Source: Nitrospirota bacterium
GTDB lineage: Bacteria; Nitrospirota; Nitrospiria; SBBL01; JAADHI01
Assembly: GCA_029261215.1 (NCBI GenBank)
Contig: JAJDBT010000096.1
Location: 2,366 to 66,365, forward strand
Length of the DNA: 64,000 bases
Reading direction: 5' to 3'
The translations under genes were made by a program, and so were the position numbers. A model generated the notes under the pieces. It was not told the DNA's origin. It saw only the letters and a program-made list of their open reading frames with translations, and did not search any database. Shown here in pieces: positions 10,901-19,879 of the stretch (its first letter is position 1; each line of letters begins with the position of its first letter).

Positions 10901-13177
10901 TTAGGCAATGAGTCGTCCGATTGTTTCGATCAAATTACTTTGGTCAAAACTCCCTTTCGCAATATAGGCCTGAGCCCCAACTTCAATGCCGCGACGTTTT
11001 TCTTCTTCACTGCCGCGTGCTGTTACAAAAATAAGCGGAATATCACGGTAAGATTCATTGTCTTTTAGAAAATGGCACAGCTCTAGACCATTCATGCGTG
11101 GCATTTCGATATCACTGATAATCAGGTCATATTTATAAAGAGAGACTTTTTCAATCCCGTCAATCCCGTCGATTGCCGTATCTACTTCGTATCCTTCTCC
11201 TTCAAGAATAGGACGAATCAGCTCTCGTGTGGTCATTGAATCCTCGACAACCAACAATCTTCGTTTAGCCGCCATTTTCTCAATGGATTGTCCGCCGCCA
11301 TTCATCGGAACGCTCCCTTTTGACTGCTTTGATGAAACAACCAGATCAACAGGATCTAAAATAAGGACAATCTCCCCTGTTCTCAACATCGTCGCGCCAC
11401 TAATATTACGAAGCTTGCCAAGGTGAGCGCCAAGGTTTTTCAGATAAATTTCTTCTTTACCCAGTAATTGGTCTACCGAAAACCCGACTCGGCCATACAG
11501 AGAAGTGATGATCACAATCGTGACCTCGGCATTGCCCGATTTTTTGGACTCTTGAGAAGAAGGAATCCCGACCGTTTCATCAAGTGGCACAATCGGAACC
11601 ACACGATTTCGCAACTCAAATGCCATTTTGTTTTCAACACGATAAATTTCTCTAAGGGGAATCCGCGCAATCTCATCCACTGCAGAAAGCGGGATACCAA
11701 AAGTGCGCCCTCCGGCCTTTAACATCAAGGCTTGTATGATGGCAATGGTCAGAGGAAGCTCTAATAATAGTGTCGTCCCGACGCCTTTTTCCGATGAAAT
11801 CTCAACCTGGCCTTTGAGGTGTTCTATCTGCGTTCGGACAACATCCATCCCGACGCCTCGGCCGGAAATATCGGTGATAAACTGGCTGGTCGAGAACCCG
11901 CTCATAAAAACAAAGTTGAAAATTTCCTTATCACTCATTTTTTCTAAATCTTCTGAAGTCGCCATTTGTTTTTGAAGCACAACAGATTTAATCCGTTCCT
12001 TATCAAACCCGCGCCCATCATCCTGAATTTCGATCACAACATTTTCACCTTTGTGAAAGGCCGATAAGCGAATGGTGCAGGTTTCGGATTTATTTTGAGC
12101 ACGGCGTTCTTCCGGAGTTTCAAGACCATGATCAATGGCATTTCTTAGAATATGAATCAGCGGCTCTTTAATGCCTTCAAGGACTTTTTTATCTAACTCG
12201 GTCTCCTCCCCTTCAATTTTGAGGGTGACCTGTTTTCCTTGTTTTTGCGCGACATCCCGAACCAGTCTGGGAAAACTGGAAAAAATGGTGGAACAGGGGA
12301 GCATTCGAATCTCCCGGATATGCCGTTGAAGCTGATCCATAATAGGTTCGATATGCAGGGCTTCTCCGAGAACATCCTCGGAGACTCTCTCGACTTCTTC
12401 TTTAATCTTTCCAATTTCAGAAGTACATTCTTGAAGCGCCTCAATAAGGTCAGGAGGAATCGTCAACGTGTTTTGATTCTGCAACTGATCATTCAGCAAA
12501 CCCAAGCGCTTCTCCATCTGCTGGGCCATCATGCCGACTTTTTTAAAGGACCGTAACTTTTCTACAGATTTAATTTTGTTGATCACCAAGGCACCACCCA
12601 GATTGAGAATACTATCAATTCGACTGAGCGGCACACGGACAAATTCTTCTACAGTCGGAGCTGACGCCCGTTCTCCGTCTTCTTTTGGCTCTTCCTTATT
12701 TTTTTTCTTTGCCGGCTTAACGGTGGGCTTCGTTTCAGGGCTCACTTCTTTCTGAATATTGGAAACATCGTTTTCTTTTGGCTCAGGGGATGCCTTATCT
12801 TCTTCCTTCGTTTCAGAGAGCATCGGGAAGTTTTCATTCACACCTCCCCCTTTTGCAATTTCTGCCATCAAGTCTTTGATTTTATCCAGCCCGGAGAACA
12901 TTTTATCCGCCACGGAGGCATCAAAAGTAATCCGTCGATCTCGAATATCGGCGAGGATATCCTCAATTTGATGCGACATATCCCTGATTTCTGTAAACCC
13001 GACAGTTCCAGAAGCCCCTTTGAGGCTATGCGCTTCTCGAAAAAGTTTCTCAATAATCTGAAGGTCTTTTGGATCTTTCTCAAGAACCAGCACCCCTTCA
13101 TTTAGGTTCTCAATATGCTCTTCAGCCTCAGCGATAAAAACACCCAGAATTTCGGATAAATCAAACGGAAGACTCAT
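10901..13177 (-). CDS. cheA: Hybrid CheA histidine kinase with C-terminal receiver (FrzE-like)
   Basis: Hpt domain with REAHSLKGASG, a K/E/P-rich linker, HATPase motifs (NAIDHGLE, DDGRGFD, GRGVGMDVV), a CheW-like domain, then a REC domain (LLVVEDSMTTRE...DLIISDIEMPRMNG...AKG). Confidence 0.92.
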   Translation of the reverse strand: MSLPFDLSEILGVFIAEAEEHIENLNEGVLVLEKDPKDLQIIEKLFREAHSLKGASGTVGFTEIRDMSHQIEDILADIRDRRITFDASVADKMFSGLDKIKDLMAEIAKGGGVNENFPMLSETKEEDKASPEPKENDVSNIQKEVSPETKPTVKPAKKKNKEEPKEDGERASAPTVEEFVRVPLSRIDSILNLGGALVINKIKSVEKLRSFKKVGMMAQQMEKRLGLLNDQLQNQNTLTIPPDLIEALQECTSEIGKIKEEVERVSEDVLGEALHIEPIMDQLQRHIREIRMLPCSTIFSSFPRLVRDVAQKQGKQVTLKIEGEETELDKKVLEGIKEPLIHILRNAIDHGLETPEERRAQNKSETCTIRLSAFHKGENVVIEIQDDGRGFDKERIKSVVLQKQMATSEDLEKMSDKEIFNFVFMSGFSTSQFITDISGRGVGMDVVRTQIEHLKGQVEISSEKGVGTTLLLELPLTIAIIQALMLKAGGRTFGIPLSAVDEIARIPLREIYRVENKMAFELRNRVVPIVPLDETVGIPSSQESKKSGNAEVTIVIITSLYGRVGFSVDQLLGKEEIYLKNLGAHLGKLRNISGATMLRTGEIVLILDPVDLVVSSKQSKGSVPMNGGGQSIEKMAAKRRLLVVEDSMTTRELIRPILEGEGYEVDTAIDGIDGIEKVSLYKYDLIISDIEMPRMNGLELCHFLKDNESYRDIPLIFVTARGSEEEKRRGIEVGAQAYIAKGSFDQSNLIETIGRLIA

Positions 13178-13464
13178 ATGATGCTCGTTGTTGAGGAAAT
13201 ATTATTCAAAGCGGCCCATTCCAAAATCTTCCTGCCCCAGACAAAAACCACTGATGTCGTTTTGAAGTGATCTTAAGCGCTCTTTAAATGTCACCGCGCT
13301 CGAAATGCTTAACTCAGTCCTTTTCGTAAAAGCGGTCATGCTTCTATCGATATAAAAATGGTATCAAGCCTATAGGGCCTGGCACGGATTCCGTGTAAAA
13401 CGGCATGCAGATCAATGAACGATTTATGCGAAATGCTTCAAATGAGGAGAGATTCATCTTTTTC

Positions 13465-14013
13465 TCATCTTATCGCAGATGATTTGTCCTCATGTTGATA
13501 TTTCGTTTTTGTAATAATGTTTTCGATATCTAAAATGGTCACCAGCTGGCCTTGGCGCATAAATTCCCCCTTCAAATAGTGTGCTCTTTCTGTAGAAAGT
13601 GTACTCAAGGGTGGATCAATCTGATGATTCGCGACATCAAGCACTTGAGAGACCTCATCGACCAATAAGCCGGTCTCAACTTTTTTCTCGGAAATCACAA
13701 CAATGCGCGTTTTCCCACTATGCGGAACCCACTCTAAACCAAAAAGATTTTTAGGATCCGTGACAGAAATAATTTCTCCTCGAAGGTTTGTGATCCCTGC
13801 AATATAGGCTGGTGCGCCAGGAAGGATGGTGAGTTGAGAGGCTGGAATGACTTCAATGATTTTATGAATTTCTGCGGCATACCATTCATTACTGATTCTG
13901 AAACAAACCACTTGAATACCGACCTCTTTCGTTTTGTACGCTTTTTCATAAAAATCAATATCTTCACTCAAAATGGCCGGATCATGACTTTCTGTGGTGT
14001 CTTCTATACTCAT
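13465..14013 (-). CDS. cheW: CheW coupling protein (second copy)
   Basis: CheW-like domain VVCFRISNEWYAAEIHKIIEV...GITNLRGEIISVTD. It is the first gene of the che operon on the minus strand. Confidence 0.85.
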   Translation of the reverse strand: MSIEDTTESHDPAILSEDIDFYEKAYKTKEVGIQVVCFRISNEWYAAEIHKIIEVIPASQLTILPGAPAYIAGITNLRGEIISVTDPKNLFGLEWVPHSGKTRIVVISEKKVETGLLVDEVSQVLDVANHQIDPPLSTLSTERAHYLKGEFMRQGQLVTILDIENIITKTKYQHEDKSSAIR

Positions 14014-14254
14014 CTGTTTTTAAAAACCTTTTCCCTAATCATGATCGACTTTAAATACCAGGTTTTTTAATAAATCAACCACATCCATTCCCGCGAACAA
14101 CCTGAGCAAAACGTATATTTTAACCCTGCGTCTAAAGGACGTTCCAAACTCAAATATATCAGATCCTTTTTGCTTGTCACTTATTTGCGGTCAGGTTTTT
14201 TCCAGTGTGCCATTCTGAACAATCGATTATCCAGACATCAAACAGATCGTGCTT

Positions 14255-14851
14255 TCAATCCTCAATCTCAGGTCTTTCCACTTCCTTTTCTTTTTCGTGC
14301 TGTGCGAGTAAAATCTGACGTTCCCTTTTGATCACATAACGAAAGATCGTTTCTTGGTCCAAGACTTTTACGTTCGTAAATTCAACGCCTAAGTCAAACT
14401 TTGCAGGAAGAGACTTGTGGCTCTCTTTTTGTCTTGACCGGCAAACAACTCCATCGATCACCATCTCATTAAATGGCAATACAGGCAGGAAAAATCTCAC
14501 CTGGATTTTTGAACCCAGGGCCATCTGTTCATGGCTGGAAAACCTCGCCCCGCTTGCACTCAAATCGACCACCTCAGCTTCATAAGGGAATTCCGGGGCA
14601 TCCTTATCCTTTATCAGTGTTTTAATGAGATAATTCACTTTCCAATCCAGCCAGAGCAACAGTTCCAGGTGCAGTTTGTCATTCTCATTGCCCGCCGCCC
14701 GAATTTTTGTTGCAATATCAGAGATTTCATTTGAAGAAATCGGATCATAGCGCTCTGGCATTAAGTGGGTATTCGCTGCATTATCTACGATTCTAAATGA
14801 GACCATACATTCTGCACTCACCCTTACAAACTTTCTGCGCTCTTCACTCAC
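14255..14851 (-). CDS. PilZ domain c-di-GMP receptor
   Basis: The N-terminal RRKFVR (RxxxR) motif and DLSASGARF (D/NxSxxG) motif are both present. Confidence 0.8.
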   Translation of the reverse strand: MSEERRKFVRVSAECMVSFRIVDNAANTHLMPERYDPISSNEISDIATKIRAAGNENDKLHLELLLWLDWKVNYLIKTLIKDKDAPEFPYEAEVVDLSASGARFSSHEQMALGSKIQVRFFLPVLPFNEMVIDGVVCRSRQKESHKSLPAKFDLGVEFTNVKVLDQETIFRYVIKRERQILLAQHEKEKEVERPEIED

Positions 14852-14906
14852 TTCCGCCTCCTGGTAAAAATCATTAAACCGAGAAATGCTGACTTAAACG
14901 AAACAT

Positions 14907-16430
14907 CTACCCAACCCGCCGTTCCCCTAAAATCAAAACATCAGGTTTTCTGGAAATGGATTCCTCTTCTTTGGCGCTTACAATACAGTTTCTTCCCGTT
15001 TTTTTTGCGCGATAAAGCGCTTGATCTGCTGCGTTAAAAAGGCATTCGGGGGTTTGAATATCGGATGAAGGATAATGGGCGATTCCGATGCTTACGGTTA
15101 TCGGGATCTCTAAATCGTCCGTACAGATTTTTTTTCGCTCAACTTTCTTTTTAATTCGATTTGCAACGATTAATCCTTCCTCCAGGTTTGTTCCTGGAAG
15201 AATCACGACAAATTCTTCTCCGCCATATCGTATTAAAACATCAATATCTCTAATACTTGACTTGAAGATAGAAGCCGTTTCGCAGAGAACCTGATCCCCG
15301 GTCAGATGCCCATAGGTATCATTCACTTTTTTAAAATGATCAAGGTCAATGACCATGATCGTGAGCGACGTATTGTAGCGATTTGCCCTTCTAAATTCCC
15401 TTTCCAATATTCCTGAAAATGACCTTCGATTTAAAATGTCTGTCAAAGGATCCTTAATGGATAAATCCTCCACCTGTTTGTACATTTCAGCATTTCGAAT
15501 GGAAATCGCTAAAGGCACTGAAATCATAGACAACAACTTCGCCTGGTATTCGCTAAATGATCCATAGGATTTTCTAGGGCTTACGGTGACACGGGTGATG
15601 GTATTTTCACTGTGCCGATAAGACATTCGCATCAAGCGTAACAATCCGATTTTACTTGCTCCCACCGAGAGCAAGACCATAATTTCAGAACCACCGTGGC
15701 AAACAGTCGCCTGTGGAACTGTCGAATGATTTTCAATCAATTTCAGAGCGTCTTCCCGGGTTTCATCTTTCACTTGTTCAAGAATATCTCCCCACACCTT
15801 CAGATCCGCTTCAACGCGGACCTGATCCCAGCCCTTCAGGTAAAGACAAGAAATATCGTGAGGCACCACTTTTTGAATATTTGTAAACAAGGACTTTACA
15901 ATCTCCTCAATATGAAGGGATTCACTGAGTGTCTGGTTCAGCTCGTATAAGGCACTCAAGTCCGTGTTCCATTTTTTGAGTTGATCACGCTCCCCGGAAA
16001 GGGATTGATTCGCTTCTTCCAGCTGACTTGATAGATTCAAAATATTAAGCAGGTTTTCACGATTTTTAAGACCTTTTCGCATTGTTTTTAACAAGCGATG
16101 ATACGGAAAAGGCGTCTTCAGATAATCAAAAACACCTCCTCGTAAAAGCGCACTGACTTTCCCTGAATCAAGTTCAGGCCCCATCATCAGGACACAGGCC
16201 GTCGATTGTGCTTGCTGAAGCAGTTTAAGAAATTTAAAAATTCTGAAATAAGGGAAATTGGCCTCAATTAAAACGATGTCAGACTTTTCAAAATAGATCA
16301 GTGATTGATTGATCCTGATCCGGTCTCCTCTTTTTTTAAAAAATGCCTTTAATTCATCGTGATTGTTCGGGTTCATGCTATAAAAAGCGATTTCTATTCC
16401 TTTAGGACGATTCAACTGAACCTGTTTCAT
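14907..16430 (-). CDS. Diguanylate cyclase: degenerate receiver, GAF-like region, GGDEF domain
   Basis: RYGGEEFVVILPG active site with an RDID I-site (RxxD) exactly 5 residues upstream. The N-terminal receiver-like fold has Glu at the acceptor position (DIVLIEANFP). I start at ATG 16430, preceded by GGGAG; the track's GTG 16442 lies inside that Shine-Dalgarno. Confidence 0.85.
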   Translation of the reverse strand: MKQVQLNRPKGIEIAFYSMNPNNHDELKAFFKKRGDRIRINQSLIYFEKSDIVLIEANFPYFRIFKFLKLLQQAQSTACVLMMGPELDSGKVSALLRGGVFDYLKTPFPYHRLLKTMRKGLKNRENLLNILNLSSQLEEANQSLSGERDQLKKWNTDLSALYELNQTLSESLHIEEIVKSLFTNIQKVVPHDISCLYLKGWDQVRVEADLKVWGDILEQVKDETREDALKLIENHSTVPQATVCHGGSEIMVLLSVGASKIGLLRLMRMSYRHSENTITRVTVSPRKSYGSFSEYQAKLLSMISVPLAISIRNAEMYKQVEDLSIKDPLTDILNRRSFSGILEREFRRANRYNTSLTIMVIDLDHFKKVNDTYGHLTGDQVLCETASIFKSSIRDIDVLIRYGGEEFVVILPGTNLEEGLIVANRIKKKVERKKICTDDLEIPITVSIGIAHYPSSDIQTPECLFNAADQALYRAKKTGRNCIVSAKEEESISRKPDVLILGERRVG

Positions 16431-16549
16431 AATATCTCCCACTGAATCAATGTCTGCTCACAGTCTGTTTTTTTTCGAGTGTTCATTTAAGATGAAAATG
16501 GATTGAGAAGAATATTGGAGTATAAATAGAATCATAGTTTAGTAAAGTA

Positions 16550-16564
16550 GCAATTAGTATGCCA
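16550..16564 (-). promoter_or_regulatory. Candidate sigma-54 (-24/-12) promoter upstream of the diguanylate cyclase
   Basis: The minus strand reads TGGCATACTAATTGC(T), against the consensus TGGCACG-N4-TTGCW. GG-to-GC spacing is correct and the element lies ~110-135 nt upstream of ATG 16430. Confidence 0.5.
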
Positions 16565-16613
16565 TGTTCATTCTAGTCACGGACTAAGAGCATGAACGAC
16601 GAAACGAAACATG

Positions 16614-17210
16614 CTACTCGTGCTCATAAACAGATTTTCCCGGACGACCATACACTTTAATCAGTTGCGTTCTGAGGTTTTGAATCATTTCCAGACTACG
16701 TGTATCAGGATCTGAAGTCGTTTTATTTTCTTGAGATACTAGCTCCTTTTCCTTGCAGATAATTTGAAGTTTTTCTAATAAGTCATTGTTTTCCCTTATT
16801 AGTTTTATTCTATCGACTGCATTTTTGATGACAATATACAGCTCATCTAACTGGAAAGGTTTTGTAAGGTAGTCATAGGCTCCTTCTCGTATTGCATGAA
16901 TAGCAGATTGTAAGGATGCATACCCTGTGATCAAAATGACGAGCGTTTCGGGAGATTGTATTTTTATTTTCTTTAAGAGCTTGATCCCGCTTAAACCGGG
17001 CATTTTCAAATCGCTTAATACTAATTCAAAATGTTTATTGTCAAATATTTGACAAGCTTCCTCTCCACTTTTGGCAATGGTGACCTGATAACCCTGATCC
17101 AGAAGCGCCTCTTTCAAAAGTTCTCTGGGTCCGCGTTCGTCATCGACGACAAGAATCTCAAAAATATCGCCTTTGTTAACAGGTCTTTGATTTTGTGTCA
17201 CATGACTCAT
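16614..17210 (-). CDS. Response regulator with short C-terminal coiled-coil and no recognisable output domain
   Basis: ILVVDDERG...ELVLSDLKMPGLSG...VILITGYAS...LTKPF form an intact receiver. A ~70-aa helical tail follows. Confidence 0.85.
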   Translation of the reverse strand: MSHVTQNQRPVNKGDIFEILVVDDERGPRELLKEALLDQGYQVTIAKSGEEACQIFDNKHFELVLSDLKMPGLSGIKLLKKIKIQSPETLVILITGYASLQSAIHAIREGAYDYLTKPFQLDELYIVIKNAVDRIKLIRENNDLLEKLQIICKEKELVSQENKTTSDPDTRSLEMIQNLRTQLIKVYGRPGKSVYEHE

Positions 17211-17410
17211 GATTCTAGTTGTTCCGGCTTTACATTTTGATGGAGATCGGCATGTAATCGTTTGATCGATTCTGGCGATAAGGTGACCCCGTCAGATAGG
17301 TCCTTTTTTTCTTCAACAGAATCTGTCTTCGTTTCTTCCAGGTCCAATTTTTTAATGACCTGCTTGTATGTTCTTAAAACATGATGAACCTGATTGGCTT
17401 TAATCTCCAT
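17207..17410 (-). CDS. Small hypothetical protein (67 aa) translationally coupled to the response regulator
   Basis: Its TGA stop overlaps the downstream regulator's ATG (ATGA, 17207-17210). The protein is charged and helical, with only a faint FlgM-like flavour (VTLSPESIKRL). No family assigned. Confidence 0.4.
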   Translation of the reverse strand: MEIKANQVHHVLRTYKQVIKKLDLEETKTDSVEEKKDLSDGVTLSPESIKRLHADLHQNVKPEQLES

Positions 17411-17708
17411 TCATTCCCTTTCGATAAAAAAACCTTCCTTTCTCTATCGGCAGAATTAAAGTTAAACTTAAGGCCTGAAATAAAAATTGAGACGCCTATT
17501 ACATTTTTATCAGATAGCCATTACAATACAGGCCAAGATAGATCTGCCTTCAAGGCATTCATAAGGACAGGGTATTAGACACAAAAATAAGTGCTCTGAG
17601 GAAACCATCGAACCTTCAAAGCGCCCCAAGTGTTCAGAATAAAAGCAAAAATCAGCCACGGCTTAAGCATGTCAATCGGGGGCACTCCAAGGCCACAAAG
17701 GAGAATCA

Positions 17709-18617
17709 TTGCAAAAAGCTTCTTTTAAATGTACGCCAGACTTCACCAAACAGATTCTTCAAGGTGAGATCCGCGCCACCTCCAGACTGCTTACCCTGAT
17801 AGAACAAAGAAACCCTCTCGCCCTCCCCTGTCTAAAAGACTTATATCCTCATACAGGCCATGCAAGACTCATCGGCATTACCGGGCCCGCCGGTACGGGA
17901 AAAAGCACCCTGATCAATCGCTTGATCACAAGCTTCCGAAAAAAGAGAAAAAAAATTGGCGTTCTGGCCGTGGACCCGACCAGTCCATTTTCAGGTGGCG
18001 CCATTTTGGGGGATCGACTCAGAATGCATCCTCATTTTCTAGACAGAGACGTTTTTATCCGAAGCCTCGCAACGCAAGGAAGTCTGGGAGGAATCAGCCC
18101 TGCACTTTTTGACGCCATTCATGTCCTTGATGCGATGGGGAAAGACATCATTTTCATTGAAACAATCGGTGTTGGGCAAGATGAAGTCTATATTGCCAAT
18201 CTAGCAGAAACCCTCCTGCTTGTCTTAACACCAGGCATGGGAGATATCGTTCAAACAATGAAATCGGGTTTACTTGAGATTGGCGACATCATCGTAGTCA
18301 ACAAGGGAGACCTCCTGGATGGATTTCAATTGATACAAGAGTTAGAAGAAATAAGAGGGAAGCGCCCCGTTATGCAAGTTTCAGCAGAAAAGGAAACAGG
18401 GATAAAAGATCTTATTTCTAAATTAGAAGGCAGGATGAATAAAAAGCGGGATGTTTACTCTAAAAAAGAAACCTTTGTACGAGAAGAACTGCAATGGCTC
18501 CTTTATGAAAAACGCCTTGCGGACAGAACGGGGTTTCCATTTAAAGATAGTGTTATCAAACAAATTCTACGCCGAGAAGTGACGCCCTATGACACGGTCG
18601 AAGATTGGAGTGAATAA
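17709..18617 (+). CDS. meaB: MeaB/ArgK-type G3E GTPase
   Basis: P-loop GITGPAGTGKSTLI, plus AVDPTSPFSGGAILGDRLRM, ETIGVGQDE and VVNKGD motifs. TTG start per the ORF track. Confidence 0.85.
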   Translation: MQKASFKCTPDFTKQILQGEIRATSRLLTLIEQRNPLALPCLKDLYPHTGHARLIGITGPAGTGKSTLINRLITSFRKKRKKIGVLAVDPTSPFSGGAILGDRLRMHPHFLDRDVFIRSLATQGSLGGISPALFDAIHVLDAMGKDIIFIETIGVGQDEVYIANLAETLLLVLTPGMGDIVQTMKSGLLEIGDIIVVNKGDLLDGFQLIQELEEIRGKRPVMQVSAEKETGIKDLISKLEGRMNKKRDVYSKKETFVREELQWLLYEKRLADRTGFPFKDSVIKQILRREVTPYDTVEDWSE

Positions 18618-18618
18618 A

Positions 18619-19206
18619 CTAGGCTTTTTTCTTTAGTTCCATAATGACCAGCTTGGCAACATCTTTCAGCGTTTCAAAAACGCCCTCGCCTTTTGCTGCA
18701 GATGCTTCGAAAGAAGGGACTTTTCGTGGATTTAAAGCTTCTTCCATTTCTTTTAAGGGGACAACATTGGCGAGATCCCGTTTGTTGTACTGAACAACAT
18801 AGGGCAGCTCTTCCAAATTAAAACCATGGTCGTTTAAATTTTTCACCAGGTTGTCCATACTTTCCAAATTTGCTTCCATACGCTCAACTTGAGAGTCTGC
18901 AACAAAAATAACACCATCGACACCCCTCAAGATGAGTTTTCTACTGGCATCGTAAAATATCTGGCCAGGAACAGTGTAAAGGTGAAATCGAACCTTAAAA
19001 CCTTTAATGCTACCCAATGCCAAGGGAAGAAAATCGAAAAAAAGTGTCCGCTCAGATTCCGTTGCGAGCGAGATCATTTTTCCTTTACTATCTGGATTAA
19101 TTTTTTTGTAGATATATTGCAGGTTTGAGGTTTTTCCACAAAGGCCAGGACCGTAATACACAATTTTGCAGCTAATTTCACGGGCAGAGTAATTTATAAA
19201 AGACAT
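18619..19206 (-). CDS. mglA: Ras-like GTPase MglA
   Basis: [33 protein letters not shown] and the MglA-specific switch [33 protein letters not shown], plus NKRDL. Confidence 0.92.
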   Translation of the reverse strand: MSFINYSAREISCKIVYYGPGLCGKTSNLQYIYKKINPDSKGKMISLATESERTLFFDFLPLALGSIKGFKVRFHLYTVPGQIFYDASRKLILRGVDGVIFVADSQVERMEANLESMDNLVKNLNDHGFNLEELPYVVQYNKRDLANVVPLKEMEEALNPRKVPSFEASAAKGEGVFETLKDVAKLVIMELKKKA

Positions 19207-19291
19207 TATTTATACCTTTAGAGAAATCGTCGATTCATTACAATGATTCAACTGGCAGGAAACAAAGCATAAAAGAAGCAAACCCCAAATT

Positions 19292-19783
19292 TCAACCAAA
19301 CAGGCTTTCAATATCTTCTTCAGTAATTTCTTTAAATGGAGATCCAGCAACCTGATTCGCATCGGTCTTTGTCATTTTTTCAGTTAACTTATCAAAAACC
19401 TCTGTCAGGGCAGCGACACTCCGTTTTACTCTTAATCGAATAAGACCCAGGGAAGAGCGATCATCAAAAACGACAACGAGAATTGCACGATGCCCCACCA
19501 AGGAGATATGAATATTGTCGCGTTCTCCCTCATGAAACAAGATCGAAAACTCTTTTTCACCCAAGAGCTGCGCCATTCCTCCCGTCGCAGCAATATTCCC
19601 GGCGGTTAAAGAGGCAAGAGAAGTCGTATCGATATCGCCGGTTTCTCCAATACTCGCAATTAATTGTCCGTCTTTATCAACCAAAAAGGATACTTTGGCT
19701 CGGGAAAGCTGATTAAGCTTAAGCAACTCTTTATCAATCAGCCTTGACTCTTCTTCAAATAACACTAAGCCGGGATTTAACAT
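19292..19783 (-). CDS. mglB: Roadblock/LC7 protein MglB (MglA GAP)
   Basis: Roadblock-fold signature VSFLVDKDGQLIASIGETGDIDTTSLASLTAGNIAATGGMA, positioned immediately upstream of mglA. Confidence 0.85.
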   Translation of the reverse strand: MLNPGLVLFEEESRLIDKELLKLNQLSRAKVSFLVDKDGQLIASIGETGDIDTTSLASLTAGNIAATGGMAQLLGEKEFSILFHEGERDNIHISLVGHRAILVVVFDDRSSLGLIRLRVKRSVAALTEVFDKLTEKMTKTDANQVAGSPFKEITEEDIESLFG

Positions 19784-19879
19784 TCCTCATCTAGCCCTAA
19801 GAAAGCTTTACGTTTGACGTTTTATTTATACCACCAGAACGGAAGTTCCGCAAATGGGCGACTGATCTGACAGAGAAAT

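Noticed and set aside
13202-13339. A 45-aa minus-strand ORF in the cheW-cheA gap, considered as a remnant of an MCP C-terminus.
   Set aside because: The resemblance to MCP C-terminal helices is only a vague E-L-S...L...F pattern that does not align in register. There is no convincing ribosome-binding site. It is kept only as a check inside a finding.
13378-13397. A plus-strand CTGGCACGGATTCCGTG that resembles a sigma-54 -24 box.
   Set aside because: The -12 position reads CCGT rather than TTGC. It also points antisense into cheW, with no plus-strand gene downstream for about 4 kb.
17645-17661. A minus-strand TGGCTGATTTTTGCT upstream of the small-ORF/response-regulator pair, which looks sigma-54-like.
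   Set aside because: The GG-to-GC spacing is one nucleotide short of the invariant spacing that sigma-54 requires.
17709-18617. MeaB GTPase as part of the MglA signalling module (two GTPases side by side).
   Set aside because: MeaB/ArgK is a G3E metallochaperone-type GTPase for B12-dependent mutases. It is on the opposite strand, convergent with mglA, and adjacency alone does not support a functional link. No mutase gene is in the window either.
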